From a virus: a stretch of DNA of 64,000 nt. The notes below the pieces were generated by a model that was not told the origin of the DNA, did no database searches, and saw nothing but the letters and a program-made list of their open reading frames with translations. The position numbers and the translations under genes were made by a program. The stretch lies in the IMG/VR virus record IMGVR_UViG_3300032177_000008, positions 5,399 through 69,398 of that record; one strand, 5' to 3'. Positions 41,050 to 51,108 of the stretch are shown here, one piece after another; the first letter of the stretch is position 1, and every line of letters starts with the position of its first letter.

Positions 41050-41679
41050 TTACATTGCTTGTTCGCCGACAATACCTTCATCGGCCATACGTTTTAGAAT
41101 TTTTTGCTTCACCGCGAGGGAGTAAGGAGATGTGTTCTTCGTGGTCGCGTGAATCTTTTCTCCGCTCGATCCGCTGTGATTCATAGGAAGAGCAGCTTCT
41201 GCGGGCTTACCGACAACATTAGTTAACCCACCTGATGGATTAATATGTTTTAAAGGGACTTCATCATTTCCTGGGGCATTGGCATCAAACGCAATCTTTT
41301 CAACATAGGGAGCAAGTTGAGCATTGAAGTAGTGACCAACCATTTCACCAAAAGCAGTACGCTCTTCGTCACTTTCAGTGCCCGTTTCATCTTCAGTGGA
41401 GGCTGCTACTTTAGTAGTGCCTTCGTTTTCATCGGTAGCAGAGGGAACATCCCCCATAATCTGTTCATAGATTTCAGCCAAGCTGCCTTTTGCCATAGAT
41501 CCTCCCCGGTTCACATTTTCAGAGGCAGTTTTCACCGAAGCGGTGGTACCTAACCCCAAATTTTCCAACACCTGATCCACTTCTTGAGTGGAAGAAGTTG
41601 CTGATGCCTGCTTGGTTTGCTCAGTAGTCTTTGCTTCACCTAGCCCGCACTCAGCTAACAAGTCACTTAACGTAGCCAT
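41050..41679 (-). CDS. head core/scaffold-like protein
   Basis: TKQA, VKTA, TKVA, EKIA. Confidence 0.7.
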   Translation of the reverse strand: MATLSDLLAECGLGEAKTTEQTKQASATSSTQEVDQVLENLGLGTTASVKTASENVNRGGSMAKGSLAEIYEQIMGDVPSATDENEGTTKVAASTEDETGTESDEERTAFGEMVGHYFNAQLAPYVEKIAFDANAPGNDEVPLKHINPSGGLTNVVGKPAEAALPMNHSGSSGEKIHATTKNTSPYSLAVKQKILKRMADEGIVGEQAM

Positions 41680-41680
41680 A

Positions 41681-43636
41681 CTATCCTCCTAATTTTTCTG
41701 TGATACGTGTTGCAGCATCAAGAATTGCAAGATCCCAGAAGAGGGGTTTTTGCTCCTCTGGAATACTGCTTAGAAACTCAATATCTTGGATTGATGCATG
41801 TTTAAAGAGGCGTTTTCCACTCTCAATCGCCTTAGACACATGCTGACTGATTGGCCGACCCATGAGATGTTCAGCGAGTACTCCACCTGAAATCACGTCT
41901 GGATGGCTAGCCATCAAATTAGTTACAACACCTGGACGCCGTCCTCGCGATTCGCTTGTGTCTTTTTTTATTTTAGCCACTTGTGAAGCCGCATAGATCG
42001 CAGGAATGCCAAAAAAGACTTTTTTGGCGAGTTCCGAATCATATTTTTTAACAGCGCCGGTTTTTATAACCGTGACAGGCCGCGATTGCATTCTAACAAT
42101 GTTGCTCTGCCAGTCGTTATTGTAAAGCCCACGGGAACGATCGTCAACACTATATAATCCAGTAGTTGTAGTTCCTGTTAAAGAGTTCAATGCTGCAAGA
42201 CCCGTTGCACCTAAAGCAAGGGTGATCAGAGGATGATTCGCCATTATTTTTCCAGCGCCCTGCGCCATAGGTCCAGCATGGTGACCAAAGAGAGCATAAA
42301 GAGCGGCGAGTACTCCTGCCACGTACCCTGGATGAATTGATGGAGGTCTACGGGCGACACTACTAGACATAAGATCTTGAATTGTTTCTGCCTTTTTTAT
42401 GATTTCCGGATCACCGTCATCTAATTTTTTAGCTAAAATAAGAATTCTTTTTATGAGGATAGGGCGAGCAAAGCTCCGTTCGCCAGCAAAAGGTCCGAGC
42501 ACTTCCGCGACAGGATCGCTTACTAAATCAGGTGATAACTCCATTGAGCTCAAAGTTTCTTGGGTCATCTCTGAACCTAATAAGCCTGAAACTTCTTCTT
42601 TCTTAGGCTCAATCCCCATCGCTATCATTGTTGAAAGAAGATGAGCGATAGAAGGAGCGAGCTCTCGCAAACGAGCAATCACTTCTGGTGGAAGCGTAGG
42701 GGAGGTCTCTTGAAGAAGAGCTTTGCTAGGGGGAATCACCCGCTCCAAATGGTCGACAGTCTTGGGCTGAAGAGTAGTCTCGATTCGTTTTGTTATTTCG
42801 GCACTTTTGCTCACTGCGATTTTTTTTGCAGCTCCAAATTTCTCGCTGGCAATTACTTGTCGTTCTTCTGCTACCTTACTGAGGTAACTTAGATCTGCAA
42901 TTTTGCCTGGAGGAAGTTCAGCAAGCTCTGCACTCCCAATGGAACGATAAGGATTCGCCGCCCCAGCTACTTTAGTCCACATATAAGCAGTTTTATCTGC
43001 GGGAATAAGAACTCTACTGATATCAAAAAATCTAGGAATTGTGTTATCGGCACCCACCAATTGGCTGCTCACTGGATCCATCTGATTCATCATATACTTT
43101 AAATGCTCACAATACTCTGCCCGAGTTTTAGCCTTATTGGCACAGATAGAACAGACATCAAAAGGGACTTTTGCACCCATAGAAAATGTGAGATTGTCTC
43201 CGCGATCAATCGACGTAACTGCATCTGGGTCTAGATTAATATCAATTCCTATAACGAGCTCAACTCGTTTTGATTTGTCATTCCAGACCGCATGAAGAAT
43301 TTTTCCTTTTGCTAGTGCTGGGTCAGAGTTCATGTGGTGATTAAAATAGTGGGCATTAGTTAAAAAAGTTTTATATCCGTGGGTATCGCCCTCGTGAGAA
43401 AGAGGTCCTTCTCTGAATCGATCTCCATTAACGTTCTGTCCCCAGAACTCATATGCACCTAACGCGGTCAAAAGGACCTGCACTAAATCCTTTATAGGCT
43501 TAGCTTTTTCGATGTATTCTGCTACTTTTGGATGGTAACTGCCGCCATGCTTACGCAAGTAATTCCGGTCTTCCCGTACAAAGAAGAGTTCGCGCTTGTC
43601 GTCAGTATTTCCGGGGAAGACAATTCGTTTGTCCAA
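41681..43636 (-). CDS. putative prohead maturation protease with zinc-ribbon insertion and long C-terminal extension
   Basis: N.NGD.F...HH.N...KGKI...FSMG..VPFDVCSIC...CEHL...FFDIS.V..PAD. Confidence 0.65.
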   Translation of the reverse strand: MDKRIVFPGNTDDKRELFFVREDRNYLRKHGGSYHPKVAEYIEKAKPIKDLVQVLLTALGAYEFWGQNVNGDRFREGPLSHEGDTHGYKTFLTNAHYFNHHMNSDPALAKGKILHAVWNDKSKRVELVIGIDINLDPDAVTSIDRGDNLTFSMGAKVPFDVCSICANKAKTRAEYCEHLKYMMNQMDPVSSQLVGADNTIPRFFDISRVLIPADKTAYMWTKVAGAANPYRSIGSAELAELPPGKIADLSYLSKVAEERQVIASEKFGAAKKIAVSKSAEITKRIETTLQPKTVDHLERVIPPSKALLQETSPTLPPEVIARLRELAPSIAHLLSTMIAMGIEPKKEEVSGLLGSEMTQETLSSMELSPDLVSDPVAEVLGPFAGERSFARPILIKRILILAKKLDDGDPEIIKKAETIQDLMSSSVARRPPSIHPGYVAGVLAALYALFGHHAGPMAQGAGKIMANHPLITLALGATGLAALNSLTGTTTTGLYSVDDRSRGLYNNDWQSNIVRMQSRPVTVIKTGAVKKYDSELAKKVFFGIPAIYAASQVAKIKKDTSESRGRRPGVVTNLMASHPDVISGGVLAEHLMGRPISQHVSKAIESGKRLFKHASIQDIEFLSSIPEEQKPLFWDLAILDAATRITEKLGG

Positions 43637-43639
43637 CGG

Positions 43640-45154
43640 CTAAGTCCCTTTCTTGTGGGACATGGACATCATTGCTTTATTAAACCTCTCTAAACCTTCG
43701 TTATCTGTTTTAGCGCTTTTTTTTGAATGCCCACCCTCATGATCCGCCGACATGTGCATTGAAAATAAAGACATGGGCTCTTTGAGGCCAGCAATAAATC
43801 CGCCACCTGTTTGTTTATGAATAGATTGAACAATCTGCTGAGTGGAGGCCAACATGTTGGCAGTATTCGGGGCGAGTTGTCCTTGGCTATTAACCACATT
43901 TTCCACAAAAGTTCTCGCGATGATGGGCTTCACAGCAAGTGCCGGAGCAAAACTGCGAAGTGAATCAAAAGCCTCTGAGGCGATTTCTGGGTTTTCTCTA
44001 ACAACATCACTCGTACGTTTAAGACTTGAAAATACATGGTCAGCCTGTTGGCGCATCTGAGCATTTTCACGCTGTTGCATCAGAGAACGAATTGCTTGGA
44101 CGCCTACACCTATTGCAAGAGGAATGGTCATTGCCTTTGCATAATCCACCATTTTATTTGCACTAGGCTTCAGAAAGTTACCAACTGTCTGAAGAAGCCC
44201 CGCTTCTTTGCACATCATATGAGTCTCAGCAAGCATCCGCCCTAAGCACTCCTCGCTAACCGATTCTTGTGGTTTCGCCGTCATGGAGGCTGCTCCTTCT
44301 TTTTTTAGACCCATTTCAGATAAAGTTTTTTCAAAGGCTGTTTGGATCCGCGGGTCAACAGATTTGTAATGCGACAGCGTAGCTTCCCAGTCTTTTTTCA
44401 GCGGTTCCATAGAGGCAGCTGTTGCTCTTAAAATTTGATCTTCTGGTTGACCTTGCGCTCGCCATTTTTCTGCTCTTGCTTGTAGCGCAGCTGCGCGTGC
44501 TGTGGGATGGAACGACTCGATTCTGTTCCGGATGTCTTGGTGATCAATATCTATTGGTTTATTAGCCCCAGAACCAAAAAGATCTATCTGAGAAGGAGTC
44601 TCAGAGGATTTCATAGCCCGCTCTGTCAGAACAGGTAGAACTACGCGCATTGCTTGGTCTAAGCCTACCATAGCTTGCGCTTTTGCAGCTGCTCCAGGGA
44701 GCTGTGGTCTAGGTGTACGACTCGTATGATATTCGATTGCAGATAGTCGATGAACATCATCTAGATCAAATCCAGCAGAAAGTCTGGGGGTAATGACTTT
44801 AGAGGCAAGTCCAGGATTAGAGGCAATGGTTGGGGAAATTAGCATTAACTCTGAAAAACGTTGACCAAAGTTTATTGGATTTTTTTTAAACTCGCTTGTT
44901 TGTCCTAGTTGATTATAGCTTTTCATAAGGCCTGATAAGTGAGCCTCATGTTGTTTTTTAGCAGCAAAGTAACCAATTGTTCCACCCACTGCAGTGGAGG
45001 CGAGAATAGGAACTAATGACGGGAGAGTTGCTTTTAAAAAATTCTTTATCCCTTCAGCTGAGGCTGCTTTCTCAAGATAATCCATATCCTCGTTTAAGAA
45101 ACGAATTGTTTCTTCTGTGAAAACAAAGCTATCTTTAAGAAAGTCAGCCCTCAC
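43640..45154 (-). CDS. virion-region protein with internal duplication and hydrophobic segments
   Basis: Two similar modules (..SPTIASNP.LA.. / ..APALAVKPIIA..), each after an (E/C)KxA motif. Confidence 0.7.
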   Translation of the reverse strand: MRADFLKDSFVFTEETIRFLNEDMDYLEKAASAEGIKNFLKATLPSLVPILASTAVGGTIGYFAAKKQHEAHLSGLMKSYNQLGQTSEFKKNPINFGQRFSELMLISPTIASNPGLASKVITPRLSAGFDLDDVHRLSAIEYHTSRTPRPQLPGAAAKAQAMVGLDQAMRVVLPVLTERAMKSSETPSQIDLFGSGANKPIDIDHQDIRNRIESFHPTARAAALQARAEKWRAQGQPEDQILRATAASMEPLKKDWEATLSHYKSVDPRIQTAFEKTLSEMGLKKEGAASMTAKPQESVSEECLGRMLAETHMMCKEAGLLQTVGNFLKPSANKMVDYAKAMTIPLAIGVGVQAIRSLMQQRENAQMRQQADHVFSSLKRTSDVVRENPEIASEAFDSLRSFAPALAVKPIIARTFVENVVNSQGQLAPNTANMLASTQQIVQSIHKQTGGGFIAGLKEPMSLFSMHMSADHEGGHSKKSAKTDNEGLERFNKAMMSMSHKKGT

Positions 45155-45411
45155 GAAAGACCCCTGCTCGCATCTCGGAGACGGCCTGATAAATCATTTG
45201 CTGTCATGCCGGCACTCCCTACATTGAGAGCTGCATTCAGAGGGCCACCACTTGCTCTCACGATGCCTTTTCCGGCGCCCAATGCAGCTTTCCCACCCAT
45301 TCGGGCTGCCCCACCTAAAAGGCCCATTCCAGCTCTACCCGCCATGCCTGCAAGGGCTCCTAAGAAAGCAACTTTCTCTAATCCAGCAATAAATGATTTA
45401 TTAGAGCTCAC
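45151..45411 (-). CDS. small Gly/Ala-rich virion-region protein
   Basis: SFIAGLEKVA followed by glycine-zipper-like sequence. Confidence 0.7.
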   Translation of the reverse strand: MSSNKSFIAGLEKVAFLGALAGMAGRAGMGLLGGAARMGGKAALGAGKGIVRASGGPLNAALNVGSAGMTANDLSGRLRDASRGLS

Positions 45412-46270
45412 GGATTTTCTCCTTAATCACAGGAAGGCTACTATCCACAATCTCATACCGGTGGTTGAGATTACTTGCATAATCTTTTTTGTCAAAGATC
45501 GTCTTGATCGTTATATAAAGAGCATGCTCCCCGTTCACAATTCTGGCTGGGGTCTTGTTCGAAATGTACTGCTCTGGCGCCTTGAGGTCAGCTTCTTTCA
45601 TGAGGCCCTGACGTTTCAAAACGTGGGATAGCTTTTTGATAAGAGACCTTCCCTGGTCCACATCACCACACCCAGCTAGGAATTCTGCGATCTTTTCCAT
45701 AGCTTGTGGGCGATCTTCAAGAGCTTCCTCCATAATCAGAGCGCGAGCTGTCTTTACAAATTGCAATTCTAGATTTTCGAGCTCCGTTGTATTTACAATA
45801 ATTAATCGTTCGATTTCTTCCTTAGCCATCGAAAGTTTTTCAAAACGATTTTGAAGCTGCTTTTTTACTTCTTTTCTTGCGTAAGCAGATTTTTCGATTT
45901 CTTCAGGTATAAAACCGAGTTCCTTGAGAGGATCAAAAGAAGCGAGCTTTGTGGAACGGGGAGCACTTAAATAATCTAGATCAATATCTTCAACTTGGGC
46001 TACTTTAGTGTGGGTAATTTGTAAATCTTTTAAGATGCTTTTCATATCTGCTAATGGGAAATCATAAGAAGCCGTTTTATCCATCGCATAGAGGCTGGAC
46101 CAGACTTTCTTATTTGCTTCAGCAACTACATACTCAATCTGATGAGGATTAAGTCCTTCCTGACTAGCGACCTTCTTAAGAGTTGTGTTAAGAGCTGTTT
46201 GGTTCTTTCCCAAATACTCGTCAGCCGCGATTTTTGCGAAGCTGTTCAAAACTTCTTTATCTCGATACAT
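45401..46270 (-). CDS. head-assembly protein, KxA-rich
   Basis: LKKVA..EGLNPHQI..VVAEAN; about 9 KxA motifs. Confidence 0.7.
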   Translation of the reverse strand: MYRDKEVLNSFAKIAADEYLGKNQTALNTTLKKVASQEGLNPHQIEYVVAEANKKVWSSLYAMDKTASYDFPLADMKSILKDLQITHTKVAQVEDIDLDYLSAPRSTKLASFDPLKELGFIPEEIEKSAYARKEVKKQLQNRFEKLSMAKEEIERLIIVNTTELENLELQFVKTARALIMEEALEDRPQAMEKIAEFLAGCGDVDQGRSLIKKLSHVLKRQGLMKEADLKAPEQYISNKTPARIVNGEHALYITIKTIFDKKDYASNLNHRYEIVDSSLPVIKEKIREL

Positions 46271-46280
46271 ATGGGGTCTC

Positions 46281-46604
46281 CTATTTGTCGCGCTTCTTGC
46301 CAGGCGTAGTCCGTAAGTGCAGCTGCTCTGTCAGGTTGCGCAACTTCTTAGTCTGATATCGCTTGAGGGCTTTTCCAGCAAGAGCACCCGTAGAGGCTCC
46401 ACTTGCAGCACCAAGGGCTGTTCCAATAAGAGCAGCTCTCGATCTACCCCCTTTAGATCCTCTGATCGCGCCAGCAAGGCCACCTAGCGCCCCACCTGCG
46501 ACAGCACCTACAGCAGGATCCTTTTCATGAGCTATATCGTAGTACTCTTCAGGAGTCATCGTTACCAAGGTTGTCGCCACTTTATTCAATCCTGTTAGAA
46601 ACAT
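46281..46604 (-). CDS. glycine-zipper protein
   Basis: MFLTGLNKVA; GAVAGGALGGLAG..ALIGTALGA. Confidence 0.7.
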   Translation of the reverse strand: MFLTGLNKVATTLVTMTPEEYYDIAHEKDPAVGAVAGGALGGLAGAIRGSKGGRSRAALIGTALGAASGASTGALAGKALKRYQTKKLRNLTEQLHLRTTPGKKRDK

Positions 46605-46638
46605 AAGGCTATTTTAGCTCATACAGAATGTCTGGACA

Positions 46639-47103
46639 ATGTTTCAATTTAGTTGTTTGAATGTTCTTGGAGACTCATTGATTATGAAACGTCCCCCTCA
46701 GCAGGTATTTCTTCCATCAAGTTTGCTTGAAAACCCGAATCAACAGCCACTCTTGCAGCTGAGACCTTCTTTCCGCGGAGTGAAGGAAATACCACCAGAA
46801 TTAGGTACAGGAGATGTTGCAACTCTCATCTTTGTAAGCTTACTTGATTGCTTCAAACGAGCAGAAAAAGTATGTGAGGGGCTGCTAGGGGACCTGATTT
46901 GGGGGTTTGAGCAGTGCGGCATAGAGCCACGAGCTACTGCTGCAGGACTGACTCGACTCAGGGTGTTAGGATATATCCGCTACACAGATGAGACAGGCTC
47001 TAACCTCTCCGAAATTAATTTTGATCCCACCAAACTCATCTGGATTCGGTACACCTCCAAATTTTTGAACCTCATTGCTTCCGAAGATCGGCTCATTGTA
47101 TGA
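46639..47103 (+). CDS. hypothetical protein
   Basis: Stop overlaps the glycosyltransferase start. Confidence 0.6.
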   Translation: MFQFSCLNVLGDSLIMKRPPQQVFLPSSLLENPNQQPLLQLRPSFRGVKEIPPELGTGDVATLIFVSLLDCFKRAEKVCEGLLGDLIWGFEQCGIEPRATAAGLTRLRVLGYIRYTDETGSNLSEINFDPTKLIWIRYTSKFLNLIASEDRLIV

Positions 47104-49088
47104 CTAAAATACTTTACTACTTATCGGGGGCTATTCTCGGTGGGGCAGAAACTCAACTCCTAACTCTTTGCAAACACCTACCCAAAGATCGATACCGACT
47201 TATTGTTGTCACTAATCACTACCAAGTCACTGATGATTTTTGGGTAGAGCTCGGCAAGTATGCTGATATCGTCTGTTGTAAAAATGTTGGAGAGCTTGCC
47301 GACGCCATTCACAACTACCGCCCTGATGTGATCCAACATTTTCATAATCCATGGATGTCTCCTGCCATGAGCTTGGCGAAGTATAAAGGGGCTGCAATCG
47401 AAATTGTTCATGGACGAAAGCATTTTCAAAATGATGTGACCACTACGTCTAAAGAGCATACGACTCACATAGTAGCAGTGAGTGAAGACGCAAAAGAATT
47501 CTTTTTAACGAGTCTTCCAGCTTGGCGTGACCGTGTTTCAGTGATTTCAAACGGAATCGAGACTGAAAGATTTATACCCACCCAAAAGTTAGATCCTAGA
47601 GGGTCACTGACTATTCTCCATGTAGGTAGACTTTGTGAAGGGGACAAACAGTATATTGCAATGATTGACGCCTGTAAGGAATTAAATATGCTATGGTCAC
47701 TTTGGATCGTGGGAGCAGGTGTCGGTTTTGACGCGATCTATAATTACGCAGCAGCCCATGCTCCAGGACGAGTTTGTTTCTTCGGACATGCCGAAGATCC
47801 AGAAAAATTTTATCAGGATGCGCATATCTATATCAGTAGATCCACGAGTGAAGGTTTTGGCCTAAGTATCGCGGAAGCTGCCGCGTCTGGTCTCCCAATT
47901 AATATGTGGGATTGCGGCGGAATTTCGCACAAATTTACACACGATGAAAATGCACTCATTTCAAATAGCACAAAAGATTTTGTGCGAAATCTCCAGGATT
48001 TAGCCTCAGACCCTAAGATCCAAACTAGATTAGGACGGGCTGCACGACAACTGGCCATTCAAGAATTCAGCTCGGTTGCTATGACTGAAAAATACGACCA
48101 GCTCTATCAAAAGTTAATTCTCGACAAAGCGCCAACTATTCAGGCAAAAGTTCACAAAAAATATTTTAATATCATAGGGATCAGTAACCCTAATTACACA
48201 GGCGTCTCCACCGCAGTTAAAAACTGGGTTGGAGAAGATCGATGGATACCTGTGCCCCCTATTGTGAATGATTCTGATCTAAACCAAGCATTTCAGAAAA
48301 TAGTTTATCGGTCACCTAGCGTTCTTATTATTGGAGGAGACAGTGGGTATCTTCCTTTAGTCGAAAAGATAAGAAGTTTTTACCCTGCTACCAAGATCGT
48401 CTTTACTTGGCATAGTACTTATACCTTCAACAGTATCGCCCCTCAGGATGGACACTTGCTTGCTAAATGGATCAAATTTCTAAAAAGAGGAAAAATTGAT
48501 CGGATAGGTTTTGTCAGGCCCAACCAACATCTTGTGTTAAAAGACCCGCGGGCAGTCTATTTCCCTAATCGTGTTCCACAGCCTACGATGACGAGCAATA
48601 TGAAAAGAAGCTCTTCTCCTCATATTGGAATTTTTGGAACAAACTATTCTTGGAAAAATCAACAGAGCATGATCCTAGGGGCATCTCTTCTGAATGACGC
48701 TAAAATTCATGTGAACACTCTACAGGATAGCGTCTTAATCCATTCGCTGGAAATTCCAGTAATCGAAGAAGGATTCAAGTCTCAAGGGGAATTCCAAGGC
48801 CTACTTTCATCGATGACTTGTAATGTACAAGGCTCCATCACGGAAAGCTTTGGACTAAACTTCTGCGAATCCTATAGGTTAGGGGTGCCATGCGCCACTA
48901 CACCCGGGGTCCGCGTTCTACCCCATGAAACACATACTCTGATTGAGGATCCCGATGATCTTGCTTGTATTCGGGATACGATTCAGAGACTAATCCGTGA
49001 CCCTAGGATTGAAGATATCCAGAGACAGCTTAACCAACTTGATGAAGAAAATGAACAGATTATACAGAGTGTATTGGAGGGACTATGA
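47100..49088 (+). CDS. GT4-family glycosyltransferase with two tandem GT-B modules
   Basis: GGAE, VAVS, VISNGI, VGRL..K, SEGFGLSIAEAAASGLP; second module TESFGL..CESY.LGVP. Confidence 0.9.
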   Translation: MTKILYYLSGAILGGAETQLLTLCKHLPKDRYRLIVVTNHYQVTDDFWVELGKYADIVCCKNVGELADAIHNYRPDVIQHFHNPWMSPAMSLAKYKGAAIEIVHGRKHFQNDVTTTSKEHTTHIVAVSEDAKEFFLTSLPAWRDRVSVISNGIETERFIPTQKLDPRGSLTILHVGRLCEGDKQYIAMIDACKELNMLWSLWIVGAGVGFDAIYNYAAAHAPGRVCFFGHAEDPEKFYQDAHIYISRSTSEGFGLSIAEAAASGLPINMWDCGGISHKFTHDENALISNSTKDFVRNLQDLASDPKIQTRLGRAARQLAIQEFSSVAMTEKYDQLYQKLILDKAPTIQAKVHKKYFNIIGISNPNYTGVSTAVKNWVGEDRWIPVPPIVNDSDLNQAFQKIVYRSPSVLIIGGDSGYLPLVEKIRSFYPATKIVFTWHSTYTFNSIAPQDGHLLAKWIKFLKRGKIDRIGFVRPNQHLVLKDPRAVYFPNRVPQPTMTSNMKRSSSPHIGIFGTNYSWKNQQSMILGASLLNDAKIHVNTLQDSVLIHSLEIPVIEEGFKSQGEFQGLLSSMTCNVQGSITESFGLNFCESYRLGVPCATTPGVRVLPHETHTLIEDPDDLACIRDTIQRLIRDPRIEDIQRQLNQLDEENEQIIQSVLEGL

Positions 49089-50050
49089 AGATCCTCCATC
49101 TCAGTAATACGCCCCTCTCAAATGCCCCAGATAATCTAGTGCGCTGCCTTAATCATTTCGGTCATGAAGCTACTCTTCTTTTAAATAGGAAAGCGAACAT
49201 CAACAAAACACATGTGGGGGGCACACTTTGGCGTGAGCTCCCCTATGGGAAATTAGAGAGTTTAATCACATCAACTGATGTGATTCATTTTCATAATTAT
49301 GCTTGGAATCTCGAGCTCTTTCAAACACATCCAGAGTTACTTGAGATCGCTCGGACCAAATCTGCCCTGATTCAGTACCATAGCCCCAGACACTCGACCG
49401 AAAACTTTGAGAACAGCATTGCTGATAAAACCATCAAACATGCAGTTATAGCCCAATACCACACTAGGTTTTATCCAGAATGCGAATTCGTTGTCCCTAA
49501 TGTCATTCCTACGTTCGAATCTAAATACCAACCTTTACAGGCTAAGTGGGAAGACGCTTTTCCTACCGTTTCTTACTCTCCTAGTAACATCAACCTCAAA
49601 GATTGGGATAATAAGGGATATGATATTGTGGATCCTATCCTACGCCGTCTCGAGCGCGAAGGACGGATCAATCGGGACGTAATCATCAATGTCCCTTATG
49701 AAGAATGCCTCCTAAAAAAGCGCTGGGCTTGGATTGGTATTGACGAAGTGTCTACAGGTTCATACCATTTAAGTACCTTAGAGTACTTAGCGATGGGTTG
49801 CTTGACGATTGTTCATCTCGATGAGCCGACTCGAAAGGCAATGGAACGAATTGTAGGATTTGGGGGCATGGCCGCCTTACCTATCATCGACACTACCCCT
49901 GAAGAGTTATACTCAACTCTCAAGTGGGTTCTCGATCAATCTCCAGATTTTATCAGAGGTTACGGGGAGCGTTCTCGTTCTTGGATGGAGACCTATTGGA
50001 GTCCAGCTAAGCATGTAAAACAATTTGAGGAAATATACAATTCTCTATGA
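49085..50050 (+). CDS. GT-B glycosyltransferase-like protein
   Basis: MKILHL, DVIHFH, SPSN....NKG, IGIDE..TGSY..STLEYLAMG. Confidence 0.75.
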   Translation: MKILHLSNTPLSNAPDNLVRCLNHFGHEATLLLNRKANINKTHVGGTLWRELPYGKLESLITSTDVIHFHNYAWNLELFQTHPELLEIARTKSALIQYHSPRHSTENFENSIADKTIKHAVIAQYHTRFYPECEFVVPNVIPTFESKYQPLQAKWEDAFPTVSYSPSNINLKDWDNKGYDIVDPILRRLEREGRINRDVIINVPYEECLLKKRWAWIGIDEVSTGSYHLSTLEYLAMGCLTIVHLDEPTRKAMERIVGFGGMAALPIIDTTPEELYSTLKWVLDQSPDFIRGYGERSRSWMETYWSPAKHVKQFEEIYNSL

Positions 50051-50487
50051 CAATTCCAGAACCTTATCTCTTACAGACCTACGGCTCTCATTCGATTTTA
50101 ATCGCTATACTTAATGCTCGAATTTTTTATCAGAAGCCAATTAAGGATTGTCAAGAAGGTGACGAGCAATTTAAACGACTTTCTAAAGAGGGCGGTTGTG
50201 AGAAAGGAGAATGTTTTTTTAAAGGGTTTCTATTTAAATCATGCGAGATTCATGCCGAAAGTATTGGGCTTGATAAAAATGAAATACTAGAGTCCCTTGC
50301 TAGTGGTTTCTGTATCATGCTCACACTTTCTAAAGGGCATTCCTTTCTTGTAGTCAGCCATAAAGATGAAATCTTTGAAACGGTCAACTCGAAAATTTAC
50401 AGTGATTGTACAATCGAGTGGCACCCCTGGGAAAGCCTGTCTAACTGCAAAATGGCTTACGAATTAACCCCTATTGAAAAACTGTGA
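50047..50487 (+). CDS. hypothetical protein
   Basis: ATGA-coupled ORF. Confidence 0.65.
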   Translation: MTIPEPYLLQTYGSHSILIAILNARIFYQKPIKDCQEGDEQFKRLSKEGGCEKGECFFKGFLFKSCEIHAESIGLDKNEILESLASGFCIMLTLSKGHSFLVVSHKDEIFETVNSKIYSDCTIEWHPWESLSNCKMAYELTPIEKL

Positions 50488-50499
50488 TAAACTATTTCC

Positions 50500-51024
50500 A
50501 TGATCGAAGCGATCGTTAAAGCAACTCAGCTAGTCCCACTTACCGCTCCGGCTACGGCGTTCGACGCTCCTATTAAACGACGTGATGTTTTAATTGTGGG
50601 TGGCACTCACCTCATCCCTCTTTCCTCTCTTGTCCCTAAATATGCCGTTCGAGTCAGTATTCTTATCCCTTCTCAGATCCCGGAGCTTGACCGTGAAATA
50701 GAAATGCGGCGTGCTGTCCAGCTTGAGGAAACTACGAGAGGATTTTGCCAAGGTGCTGGGTTCGCCCATGACTTGAGTGGGATCGACACAGATAGTGTCG
50801 ATGTTCTGATTCTAGCCTCCGTCTATCCAGCAGTAAGAGATGACTTCCTTTCACATGCGTGGCGTATTGTCAGAGAATTTGGAAGAGTCGTTGTATTCAC
50901 TGCATCAGAAATCCCACTCACCCATCTTGCTACCTTCGGTGTGGCTGCTCCTACCTATTATCCAGTTGAAGGTTTTTACGCTGGAACTATGAGGAAAATC
51001 GCAGCAATTCGAGCGCGAAATTAG
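50500..51024 (+). CDS. degenerate methyltransferase-fold-like protein
   Basis: VLIVGG, DSVDVLI, FL..AWRIVREFGRVV. Confidence 0.45.
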   Translation: MIEAIVKATQLVPLTAPATAFDAPIKRRDVLIVGGTHLIPLSSLVPKYAVRVSILIPSQIPELDREIEMRRAVQLEETTRGFCQGAGFAHDLSGIDTDSVDVLILASVYPAVRDDFLSHAWRIVREFGRVVVFTASEIPLTHLATFGVAAPTYYPVEGFYAGTMRKIAAIRARN

Positions 51025-51108
51025 ATTTTTCTACAAAGTAAAAATTAGACCTTACTACAAAGTAAAAATGTGGTTTTTGCTGGTATAAGTTTCATGGGAG
51101 GTTTACCC

